Below are positions 36,616-45,247 of a DNA stretch of 64,000 nt, piece after piece. The notes below the pieces were generated by a model. That model was not told the origin of the DNA and made no database searches. It saw nothing but the letters and a program-made list of their open reading frames with translations. Within the stretch, counting starts at the first letter, position 1. Each line of letters starts with the position of its first letter. The stretch is from Candidatus Omnitrophota bacterium (lineage in GTDB: Bacteria; Omnitrophota; Gorgyraeia; Duberdicusellales; 4484-171), in the NCBI GenBank assembly GCA_003154195.1, contig PMCS01000006.1, forward strand, positions 17,676-81,675, written 5' to 3'. A program made the translations under genes and the position numbers.

Positions 36616-38208
36616 ATGCCGGCAAGTTACGAAAAAATCATCAGCGAACTTAAGGAGAAAACCGGAGCTATTCCGCTGCGGCTGGATTATCCTGCCGCGG
36701 ATGAGGCCTATCTCGAAGTTTCTTTATCTGATTTTAACAAAACCTGTTTATGGTTCCACAAGAAGTTTAATTCCCCGGTGATGGCTTTTTTTGCCGTGGA
36801 CGAACGAAAACTCTCCGGCGCCTACGCTATCTATTGCTTGTTTTTAGCGCTGGACGGCAAAAAATGGCTGTTTACGCGCGCGGCGATACCGCAGGATTAC
36901 CCTCGCTTTAATTCTTTAGCCCGGGAAATCTATTCCGCCAGTCGATTTGAGCGGGAGATAAAAGAGATGTTTGGGATCGAACCGGCCGGCAATCCCGATA
37001 CGCGCCGGTTAAATCTGCACGATGAAGTCTGGCCGGCCGGATTTTATCCTTTGCGCAAGGATTTTGATTCCCGTGCGGTACAATCCGGCGAACGGGGGGA
37101 ATATAAATTCGACCGTATCGACGGAGAGGGGGTATTCGAAATCCCCGTAGGGCCGGTACACGCTGGGATAATCGGGCCGGGGCATTTCCGTTTCAGCGTG
37201 GCCGGAGAGCCGATTATCAACCTGGAAATCCGGCTGGGGTTTACCCATCGCGGTGTGGAGAAACTTTTTGAAGGTAAGGATGCGCATACCGGCATAGAAC
37301 TTTCCGAACGCGTTTGCGGCGATGCGGCATTCAGCCATTCACTTTCTTTCTGCCGGGCGATGGAAAAAATAGCTAAGGCTGAACTGCCGGAGCGGGCGCA
37401 ATATTTACGGGCGATATTCCTTGAACTGGAACGGATGTATAATCATGTCAACGATATTGCCGGGATCGCTCTCGACGTCGGGTTTACCTTTGCCGCCGGA
37501 TACGCCGCGGTGATCAAAGAGTCGCTGCTGGGCGTTAATGAAAAATTAACCGGCAGCCGGTACCTTAAGGGCGTGAACGTCTTGGGCGGAGTTTGCCGGG
37601 ATATCGAAGGCGATAAAAAAATATTTTTGAAAAATTACCTCGTCGATACTGGGAACGATTTTAACCGGCTGACCGCGATGCTTTATTCCAGTACTTCGTT
37701 TATGGATCGGGTGGACGGAACGGGGATCTTGAAACGAAAAACTGCTTTCGATTTTGGAGTAACAGGATTGGCCGGCCGCGCCTGCGGTATCGGGCTGGAT
37801 TTACGTAAAAACTTCGAAGAAGTTTATAATAAAGTAAATTTTAAAGCGGCAAAAGAAGAAAAAGGTGATGTCCTGGCGCGGCTTAATGCGAGAATAAAAG
37901 AATTCGAGGAATCCCGGCGGTTGATAAAATATTTTCTCGCCAAGCTGGATGAGGTAAAAACCGGATTGGCCGCGGCCGCTGGGCCGGCAAGAGAAGGCTT
38001 CGGCCTGGGCTATTGTGAATCCTGGCGCGGTCCCTTGCTCTATTGGGTAAAATTGGACGCGGCAGGCCGGATTGAGCGCTGTAAGATAACTGATGCCTCG
38101 GTACATAATTGGCAGGGGTTAGCTTACTCGGTTTTAGGCAACATTATTCCTGATTTTCCGGTTTGCAATAAAAGTTTTGATTTATCCTATGCCGCTAACG
38201 ATTTATAA
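36616..38208 (+). CDS. Group-4 [NiFe]-hydrogenase large-subunit homologue (fused NuoC-NuoD-like; HycE/HyfG family) with degenerate Ni-Fe binding motifs
   Basis: The N-terminal NuoC-like domain is fused. The L1 motif reads ERVCGDAAFSHS where HycE has RxCGxCxxxH. The C-terminal motif reads DFPVCNKSFD where HycE has DPCxxCxxR. Only 2 of the 4 canonical Cys ligands remain. Confidence 0.85.
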   Translation: MPASYEKIISELKEKTGAIPLRLDYPAADEAYLEVSLSDFNKTCLWFHKKFNSPVMAFFAVDERKLSGAYAIYCLFLALDGKKWLFTRAAIPQDYPRFNSLAREIYSASRFEREIKEMFGIEPAGNPDTRRLNLHDEVWPAGFYPLRKDFDSRAVQSGERGEYKFDRIDGEGVFEIPVGPVHAGIIGPGHFRFSVAGEPIINLEIRLGFTHRGVEKLFEGKDAHTGIELSERVCGDAAFSHSLSFCRAMEKIAKAELPERAQYLRAIFLELERMYNHVNDIAGIALDVGFTFAAGYAAVIKESLLGVNEKLTGSRYLKGVNVLGGVCRDIEGDKKIFLKNYLVDTGNDFNRLTAMLYSSTSFMDRVDGTGILKRKTAFDFGVTGLAGRACGIGLDLRKNFEEVYNKVNFKAAKEEKGDVLARLNARIKEFEESRRLIKYFLAKLDEVKTGLAAAAGPAREGFGLGYCESWRGPLLYWVKLDAAGRIERCKITDASVHNWQGLAYSVLGNIIPDFPVCNKSFDLSYAANDL

Positions 38209-38245
38209 AAAATTCGCTGATTTTTCCATATTTTTTGCTTATTTT

Positions 38246-38322
38246 TTATCCGTGACAATCGGTGTTGATCGGTGGCAAAAAAGTTTTTTGGCCACGGATT
38301 GTCACTGATATGCACGGATTAA
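38246..38322. repeat. Palindromic element (family P): ttatccgtgacaatcggtgttgatcggtggc - aaaaaagtttttt - ggccacggattgtcactgatatgcacggattaa
   Basis: About 29-bp arms in inverted orientation around a palindromic A6/T6 centre. Sits between the large and small subunit genes. Second copy at 45140..45232. Confidence 0.8.
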
Positions 38323-38368
38323 TAAATAAAATTCTGTGGTTGTTTTTGACAAAACAAAGAGGACATTT

Positions 38369-38884
38369 ATGTTTGAGATATATAAGAATAGCCTGGCTAA
38401 AGGCCTGGTCACCCGCAAAATTGCCAAAGAAACAATTTTGTCGAAAGATTTCGATAACCTTGGGTTGGAATTAAAAGCGTTAATCAAAGAGAAGTTCGGC
38501 CGGTCATTTCACATCCGTGAGGTTGATACCGGTTCCTGCGGCGGCTGCGAATCGGAAATTATCGCCTGCTCCAATCCCGTTTACGATATCCAGAGATTCG
38601 GGGTGGATTTTGTCGCTTCGCCCCGCCACGCCGACGCGTTACTGGTCACCGGCCCGGTATCGAAAAATATGCTGCTTGCGTTAAAGAAGACTTATGACGC
38701 GATGCCGGAGCCTAAATTCGTTATTTCTTTAGGTGATTGCGCTGCCGATGGAGGAGTTTTTAAAGAGTCATATTATACTATCGGCGGTGTCGATAAAGTC
38801 TTGCCGGTGGTTTTACATATCCCCGGCTGTCCGCCCACTCCGACGCGAATTATCAGCTGTCTTATGTCTTTTTTGCGAAAATGA
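38369..38884 (+). CDS. Hydrogenase small-subunit homologue (NuoB/HycG family, [4Fe-4S])
   Basis: Start at MFEIYK after SD aagagga (track ORF begins 38336). Motifs GSCGGCESEIIAC, GDCAADGG and GCPPTP, the NuoB/HycG cluster-binding cysteines. Confidence 0.9.
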   Translation: MFEIYKNSLAKGLVTRKIAKETILSKDFDNLGLELKALIKEKFGRSFHIREVDTGSCGGCESEIIACSNPVYDIQRFGVDFVASPRHADALLVTGPVSKNMLLALKKTYDAMPEPKFVISLGDCAADGGVFKESYYTIGGVDKVLPVVLHIPGCPPTPTRIISCLMSFLRK

Positions 38885-38939
38885 TATTTTTTTAGTTTTT
38901 TCCTTGCCCGCGAGCCTTCCGAAGAATAAAATAGATTAA

Positions 38940-40785
38940 ATGGATAAAATAAAACTCGGCTGTTTTAAAAAACATTTTTACGCGTATATCGCTTTATCTA
39001 TCGGGATTATCCTTTCCCTACTTCTTTTTATTTATTCCCGTAAACTGGAAACAAAATATTTACATGGTGAATTTAATCTTCTGGCGCGGGATCGCGCCAG
39101 CATCATTATTAACGGCGTATTGGATAACCTGGATTTCGTTAAATCAATAGCTCATTTTTACGCCGGCAGCGTAAGCGTGGAGCGCAACGAATTCCACGAA
39201 TTTACCCGCCAAACCCTTACCGAGCGTCACGATATTTACGAGTTTCGCTGGCTTAAGCGAGTTTCCGGGCCGCAGCGCCAGGCGTTTGAAGAAACGGCTT
39301 CCCGGGAGTTGGGCTATAATTTTTATATCAAAGATCGCGCCGGGGAAGGCGATTTCCTGAGAGCGCCATCGCGCGAAGAATATTTCCCGGTTTTTTTTAT
39401 CGAGCCCGGAGACGCGGCTAAAAATAAAATGTTAGGTTTTGACGCCGCCGGCGTACCGGAACGCTTACGGGCGATGAAAAAGGCTTGCGCTACCGGTGAG
39501 GCGGTAATCGTCCCGGAGTTGGTGATTTTTGGTGAATCAAAATTTAAAACCGCGACGCGTATTTATATCCCTGTCTACCTAAATGGTATTCCCCATAAAA
39601 CTATTGAAGAGCGCCTTAAGAATCTTACCGGTTTCGCGGTCGTTTTATTTAATATGGAAGCTATGGCGGATATTCTACTCAAGGATATGCGCGGGATGGG
39701 TATTGATACTTACGTATATGATGAAGCGCTTCCCGCAGGCAAACGCCTTATTCTAGTTGATTGCTCCCTCGCCCCGGGAAAGCCTATCGTGCCAATTTTC
39801 GGGGAAGAACAGCTAAGGGGTACAACCGGCATCGCCTGGAAAAGGTCGTTTAACGTGGCTGATTCAAAATGGACGATAGTCTGCCGCGCTGCCCCGGCAT
39901 TTTTAAAAAACCATCGGCAGAGGGTGCTAACTCCCTGGTTTATTTTAGCGGTATGCTTACTTATTACCCTAATCGCTGCGCTTTATATCGATAACCTCGT
40001 TAGGCGTGCTTCTATTGTTCAAGCGTTGGTTGAACAAAAAACCGAAGAGTTAAAAGTTCTGCACGCGCAACTCGCTCAGCAGTTCAAAATGGCCGCCATC
40101 GGGCAATTGGCCGGCGGCGTTGCTCATGAAATAAATAATCCCCTCGCAGGTATTTTAAATAATCTCCAATTGATAAAGATGAAGATGGGGGACGGCCGGA
40201 AATTTGAGGTTGCAGAATTTAAGGAAACTTTACAAGTTATGGAAAAATCCGGCCTGCGATGCAAGAATATAGTCAAATCCTTGATTGATTTTTCCGGGCC
40301 TTCGAGTGAATATCTGGAGCCGGTATCGCTTAATGATCTTGTGGCGAAAGCCAGGGAATTGGTTTCCGAAAAATTAAAGATTAACCATATCGATTTCATC
40401 GAAGAACTAGAGCCGGACATGCCTAAAATCATCGGCGACCGCCGGCTTCTACAGCGGGCGGTTTTTGATCTTCTGTCTAATTCTTGCTGGGCAATCGGCA
40501 AAAAAAAACGGGCCTTCCGGCGGTACGGTGCGGATAAAGACATGGCATGAGCAAAAAAACAATCTTGTCGCCATCGCTATTTCCGACACCGGTATCGGCA
40601 TCCCTAAAGAAAATATAAAGAAAATATTCGAACCTTTTTTTACGACTAAAGATGTAGGTGAGGGGACTGGCCTCGCCTTGGCTTTGGTATATAGCGTCGT
40701 TAAGCTTCACAAGGGTACGATTGAGGTGGAAAGCGAAGTTGATAACGGCGCGACATTTACGATAAAACTGCCGGTTGGTGGATAA
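38940..40785 (+). pseudogene. Sensor histidine kinase (periplasmic CHASE-like sensor, TM, HisKA, HATPase_c) interrupted by a +1 frameshift in an A9 run
   Basis: Frame 1 (38940..40550) carries the sensor, TM2 and the H-box MAAIGQLAGGVAHEINNPLAGI and ends ...[14 protein letters not shown]. The ATP-binding G-boxes continue in another frame (40465..40785: GGTVRIKT...DTGIGIP...[10 protein letters not shown]). The junction is caaaaaaaaacggg at about 40499-40508. Deleting one A restores [14 protein letters not shown]. Confidence 0.8.
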
Positions 40786-40836
40786 GCGAGTAAGCAAATA
40801 ATTGGACTTTTTAAAATAAGACGGTCGTGAGACGTC

Positions 40837-40865
40837 TTGACATCAAGGCATCTATATGCTATATT
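40837..40865 (+). promoter_or_regulatory. Canonical sigma-70 promoter TTGACA -17 nt- TATATT driving vapBC; GACGTC palindrome overlaps the -35
   Basis: Hexamers and spacing read directly. SD ggaggtgg and ATG 40885 follow about 20 nt downstream. Confidence 0.6.
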
Positions 40866-40884
40866 ATTAGTGGAGGTGGATTAG

Positions 40885-41127
40885 ATGAAAGCCTATACTT
40901 TAAGATTAAACGATAATATTTTGGACGCGTTAAAGCATATCGGCATAAAAGAAAGGAAAACCGTAAGAGAAATCATGATTGAGCTTATTGAAAGAAAGAT
41001 TTCCACGGGCAGCTCCAAAAGCGAGAGCATCAAAGAACAACGAGAAATGGAAAAAATTATGCATTTACTGAGCCGCGCTCCTGTTCCCAGAGTTACAAAA
41101 TCGATACGCGATGATAGAGAGAGATGA
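40885..41127 (+). CDS. VapB-like antitoxin (ribbon-helix-helix/CopG-like)
   Basis: 80 aa (MKAYTLRLNDNILDALKHIGIKERKTVREIMIELIERKI...). ATGA overlap with the downstream PIN gene. Confidence 0.6.
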   Translation: MKAYTLRLNDNILDALKHIGIKERKTVREIMIELIERKISTGSSKSESIKEQREMEKIMHLLSRAPVPRVTKSIRDDRER

Positions 41128-41510
41128 TGCTTTTTGACGCGAGCAGTATTTACGCGGCGATTGGTAAGGGTAAAACTTCAAGCTTAAAGGGCTTTTATTC
41201 GGTAATTCTTGCCCGGTACGAGCTCGGCAATATTATCTGGAAGGAAACTATTTTAAGAAAAACATATTCTGTCGGCGAAGGGATTTCCGTGGTTAATTTT
41301 TTTGACAAAGTTTTAAGTGAAATGAAATTACTGCATCCCGACCTCGATGCAGTTTTTAAAACTGCCGTGCAGTTTCATCTAAGCTATTACGATGCTTCCT
41401 ATGTATACGCGGCTATTAACGCGAAAATACCTCTTGTGACCGAAGACGAAAAGATTAAAGATAAAGCCGGTAAGCTGTTGAAGATTTATTCGTTTGATGA
41501 CATTGCTTGA
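41124..41510 (+). CDS. VapC toxin (PIN-domain ribonuclease)
   Basis: 128 aa. N-terminal MMLFDASSIYAAI (PIN Asp), ...DASYVYAAINAKIPLVTEDEK (distal acidic residues). Confidence 0.75.
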   Translation: MMLFDASSIYAAIGKGKTSSLKGFYSVILARYELGNIIWKETILRKTYSVGEGISVVNFFDKVLSEMKLLHPDLDAVFKTAVQFHLSYYDASYVYAAINAKIPLVTEDEKIKDKAGKLLKIYSFDDIA

Positions 41511-41526
41511 ATTCGCAAGGAGAAAT

Positions 41527-42315
41527 ATGAAGCTGGATGCCTACAATAAAATTATCTGGGCAGTTATCGGCACCGGCGCGATCTTAGGTTTTATCCTGGT
41601 TATCGCACTTTCCTTAGCCGGCATCTTTTATTCACAGACTAAGGGCGTACGAGTGGAACAAGCCCGCAGCCTCAAGCCTCAGGGAAAAGTTCTGGTTTAT
41701 TACGATCCGATTAATCTTACGCAATCACCGTATACCATGATTCCCGTCGGTTTCAAGGTTGTGCCTGGTTCCGAGGCCGCTACCGGTGACCGTTACAATA
41801 TAGGAATGGCGTGCAAGCGCTGCATTTCCGGTTCTTATTCCGGCTATCGCGGCGAGTTCAACAACATTGTTTTTAGAAGTAAAACGGATAATAGTTCTTT
41901 TTTGTTGTTGGATAAAAAAGGCGTGATTACTTCGTTTTATTACCCGTCTCATGAACAAGGGGAAAAAGATAATAAAAAAGATTTTAATTTTCTATTGTTT
42001 TCTATAGTCGAGGATGATACCAGCGGCGACGGCGTATTGAACGATAGAGATGCCGATACCGTTTATCTGTCCAATTTATCCGGCAAGAATCTGATTAAAA
42101 TAAGCCCGGCAAATACAAAATTGGTAGATTGGAACATCGATTATGATAGCCAGAAAGCTTACCTGACTTTACGGCGTGATTCTAACAATGACAAAAAGTT
42201 TAACGATCATGATGAAATGGATATTATTGCGGTAGACGCGGCCAATCCTCAAGGCGCGGTGACGCTGGTAGACGAAAAAACCAAAGCGGCGATAAAAGCG
42301 ATTTTGAATAAATAA
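41527..42315 (+). CDS. Hypothetical membrane-anchored protein
   Basis: Start after SD aggag (track ORF begins 41494). One N-terminal TM helix, then a 230-aa domain rich in D/N/K with no recognisable motifs. Confidence 0.55.
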   Translation: MKLDAYNKIIWAVIGTGAILGFILVIALSLAGIFYSQTKGVRVEQARSLKPQGKVLVYYDPINLTQSPYTMIPVGFKVVPGSEAATGDRYNIGMACKRCISGSYSGYRGEFNNIVFRSKTDNSSFLLLDKKGVITSFYYPSHEQGEKDNKKDFNFLLFSIVEDDTSGDGVLNDRDADTVYLSNLSGKNLIKISPANTKLVDWNIDYDSQKAYLTLRRDSNNDKKFNDHDEMDIIAVDAANPQGAVTLVDEKTKAAIKAILNK

Positions 42316-42491
42316 GCTACACTCAAGAAAACCATCAAGCAAATATTTCCTGCACGCCCTGAATGCTCTACATATAAAAATTAGTGTTTTCACTTGAGCA
42401 TTACCGTTTTTCTGCTAAAATCTTTTAAGAACAATTAGTTTTTGCTGCTTACTCCTTACTACTAAATATTACTATAAGTTTATGCTATATC

Positions 42492-42564
42492 GCCGACGTA
42501 GCTCAGTTGGTAGAGCAGCTCATTCGTAATGAGCAGGTCGAAGGTTCGACTCCTTTCGTCGGCT
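42492..42564 (+). tRNA. tRNA-Thr (anticodon CGT)
   Basis: Acceptor stem GCCGACG/CGTCGGC, D-arm TAGCTCAGTTGGTAGAGCA, anticodon stem-loop GCTCA-TTCGTAA-TGAGC, T-arm GAAGG-TTCGACT-CCTTT. No encoded CCA. Confidence 0.9.
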
Positions 42565-42678
42565 CGTTGTTTGTTATCCGTTAGCGATGGTGGTATAAAA
42601 TAGCTCATCGTAACTCGAGGGCCTAATACATTGTCGGAAGTAATAAGCGCCTTCGGTGCCCTGCGGCCTGGCGGCCGC

Positions 42679-42696
42679 AGATTACTTGCGACTCCT
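42679..42696 (+). repeat. 18-nt direct repeat of the tRNA-Thr 3' end (cgactcctttcgtcggct), about 115 bp downstream of the tRNA
   Basis: Exact duplicate of tRNA positions about 42547-42564. The pattern resembles an attL/attR remnant of an integrative element. Confidence 0.6.
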
Positions 42697-42959
42697 TTCG
42701 TCGGCTAATGAAACTTAGCTGGTTGCAAGCTCGTAAGAGCGCCGCAACCAGATTAAATAGAAAAATATCTCACCACAGAGAACACGGAGGGTACAGAGAA
42801 AAACATTTATTCTAAATATTTTTTTATTTCTCTGTGAGCTCTGTGCGCTCTGTGGTAAAAATTTTTGTTTTTATTTATCATCAAATTTGTGTCATGTATT
42901 ATTGAAACCGTTTAATTTTTTAATTGCCAATCGACAAATTTATAATCAGAAATAACTCT

Positions 42960-44270
42960 ATGTTCCTTTCTTACATCAAAATTCTCAAAAAACGTAACTT
43001 CAGTTTACTCTGGATCGGCCAGGTGATATCCCAGTTCGGCGACCGGCTTACCCAGATGGCTCTGATCGGGTTAGTTTATCGCCTCGAGCCGGGTTCTTCG
43101 ATGAGCCTGGCTAAAATCTTAAGCCTTGCCGTAATTCCCGTATTCATCATATCCCCCGTATCCGGCGCTTATGTCGACCGCTGGAGTAAACGTAAAACGA
43201 TGTGCATCAGCGATTTTATGCGTGGCACGTTCATTTTGCTTGTGTCGTTGACCTTTTTAAAATTTCACTCGATGCTTCCGGTTTATATTTTTGTTTTTCT
43301 TTCTTTTTGCGCCGGCAGATTTTTTATACCGGCTAAGATGGCGATGATCCCTTCCCTGGTGGACAAGGATGAATTATTCTTGGCGAATTCCCTTGTTTCG
43401 GTAACTTCGATGATCGCCGCGGTGCTGGGCTTTGGTCTGGGCGGCGTGATTGTGGAGAAGTGGGGGGTAGAGTCGGGATTTATTATCGACGCGTCGACTT
43501 TTTTCCTTTCTTCGCTGCTGATTCTTTTTATGCGCGCCAACGACGGCAGTGCGTTTATACCGAAAGATATCCTGGAACTGGGCAGGGAAGCGATTAAAAA
43601 TGTAAAGAATTCTCTTATCTTTGAAATCAAAGACGGCTTGAAATATCTTTTTAAGTCTAGCGAAACGATTTATTCGGTAAAAATCAGGGTAGTATTATTC
43701 GCAGCCCTGGGTTCGCTATATACGGTATTCATTGTGTTTATGCAGAAATGCCTGAATACCGGCACTGCCGGCTTGGGTTGGCTTGCCGTAGCCGCTGGTT
43801 TGGGCATGTTTTTGGGTACGGTTATTTACGGCAAGGTCGGAAAATATTTACCGGTGAAACCGGCAATTAATACTTCCCTTGCCCTTTGCGGGATGCACAT
43901 GCTCGCCTTCGGTTTTCTTCTTAAAAGCCACCCGAATAAAATTTTGGCATTCGCGTATTGCCTTATTTTAGGTATCCTTGCTTCGCCGATCGAAATCGCT
44001 TTGAATACTTTAATCCATAAAGAGAGCGAGAATGCTTTTTTGGGAAGAATTTTCAGTTCCCTGGAGGTAATTCTCCACTTGGCGTTTCTTGTTTTTATGT
44101 TCCTGGCTTCTTTCCTGGCGGAATTGATGACTCCGTTTACTATTATCGCTTCAGTAAGCGTAATGATCATTGTTTTCGCGGTTGTGGAAATGATTGCGGG
44201 AGAAAGGACAGGAAAATCGGATACGGAAAAAAGAGAAGGTGCAGCAGCGAGCGTTTCTTCCGGGTTATAA
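42960..44270 (+). CDS. MFS transporter (12 TM)
   Basis: Start at the ATG 42960 (track ORF begins at TTG 42924). N-terminal MFS signature LLWIGQVISQFGDRLTQMALIGLV. 436 aa. TATAAT at 42941-42946. Confidence 0.8.
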   Translation: MFLSYIKILKKRNFSLLWIGQVISQFGDRLTQMALIGLVYRLEPGSSMSLAKILSLAVIPVFIISPVSGAYVDRWSKRKTMCISDFMRGTFILLVSLTFLKFHSMLPVYIFVFLSFCAGRFFIPAKMAMIPSLVDKDELFLANSLVSVTSMIAAVLGFGLGGVIVEKWGVESGFIIDASTFFLSSLLILFMRANDGSAFIPKDILELGREAIKNVKNSLIFEIKDGLKYLFKSSETIYSVKIRVVLFAALGSLYTVFIVFMQKCLNTGTAGLGWLAVAAGLGMFLGTVIYGKVGKYLPVKPAINTSLALCGMHMLAFGFLLKSHPNKILAFAYCLILGILASPIEIALNTLIHKESENAFLGRIFSSLEVILHLAFLVFMFLASFLAELMTPFTIIASVSVMIIVFAVVEMIAGERTGKSDTEKREGAAASVSSGL

Positions 44271-44280
44271 TAAGCAGATA

Positions 44281-44500
44281 ATTTTATTTTTTGCGCAGCA
44301 ATCCCCGTTGTTGGGGATAATTCGACTATCCCCTACGGGGATAGTTCAACTAAAGACATTTGTTGCGGCTTCGCCACACAAATGTCTAAGTTTCACTACA
44401 GCCTCAATCGGCGTCCCCCTTGCGCGGGGCTTGTAATGAAACTTGCCCCGGGGCACCGGGCTTAGTTTCATTATCGGCTAAGTCTCATTAAAAGAAAATT
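44281..44500. repeat. Mosaic repeat (CTCATTAA family, long form) forming the purN upstream region
   Basis: ttttattttttgcgcagcaatccccgttgttgggga; ggataattcgactatcccctacggggatagttcaactaa; gacatttgttgcggcttcgccacacaaatgtc; tttcactacagcctcaatcggcgtcccccttgcgcggggc; gaaacttgccccggggcaccgggcttagtttcattatcggctaagtctcattaaaagaaaattATG. Confidence 0.9.
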
Positions 44501-45103
44501 ATGAATATAGCAGTTTTTGCTTCGGGTAACGGAACGAATTTTGAAGCGATCGCTAAGGCGATAAGGCGCGGTTATATAAAAGCGAACCTTGCGCTTTTGG
44601 TCTGCGATAATCCCGCAGCTTTTGTTATCAAGCGGGCAAAGCGTCTTAAGATAAAATCAGTCTTAATCGACCGGAATTTATTTTCTACAAAGAACGATTT
44701 TGAAAAAGAAATCATCAGAAACCTGAGAAAAGAAAAGGTTAGTTTGATTATCCTTGCCGGTTTCATGCGGCTGTTAAGTCCCGGCTTTGTCGCGCTTTAT
44801 CGTAACAAGATAATAAATATCCACCCCGCGATATTGCCTTCTTTCAAGGGTATTGATTCGATAAAGAAGGCTTACGAATACGGGTGCAAGGTTGCCGGCG
44901 TTACCGTTCATTTTGTCGACGAAAAAACCGACCACGGTCCGATAATTTTGCAGGAAGCGGTCAAGATTAAAACCGGGATGAGCCTTTCCGGTTTAGAGCG
45001 CCGTATTCATCGCCTGGAGCATAAACTTTACCCCCTGGCTGTTAAGTTATTTGTTGAAGGGGAACTGAAGGTGAGGGGGAGGAGAGTTATTCTTTTGAGT
45101 TGA
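44501..45103 (+). CDS. purN: Phosphoribosylglycinamide formyltransferase
   Basis: MNIAVFASGNGTNFEAIAKA...IINIHPAILPSFKGIDSIKKAYEYGCKVAGVTVHFVDEKTDHGPIILQEAV, the PurN signature. Confidence 0.92.
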   Translation: MNIAVFASGNGTNFEAIAKAIRRGYIKANLALLVCDNPAAFVIKRAKRLKIKSVLIDRNLFSTKNDFEKEIIRNLRKEKVSLIILAGFMRLLSPGFVALYRNKIINIHPAILPSFKGIDSIKKAYEYGCKVAGVTVHFVDEKTDHGPIILQEAVKIKTGMSLSGLERRIHRLEHKLYPLAVKLFVEGELKVRGRRVILLS

Positions 45104-45139
45104 CCCGGAGGCGTGTTATATCCAAGTTTTTATTTTTTT

Positions 45140-45232
45140 AGCCACCGATTGTCACGGATAAACACGGATTTTAATAAAAAACTAAACAAATACATTGTTT
45201 ATCCGTGACAATCAGTGTTAATCCGTGGCTAA
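45140..45232. repeat. Palindromic element family P copy 2 (gccaccgattgtcacggataaacacggat ... atccgtgacaatcagtgttaatccgtggc)
   Basis: Arms match those at 38246..38322 but in swapped order. Sits between purN and the convergent lipoprotein gene. Confidence 0.8.
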
Positions 45233-45247
45233 AATAAGCCGTTGTAG

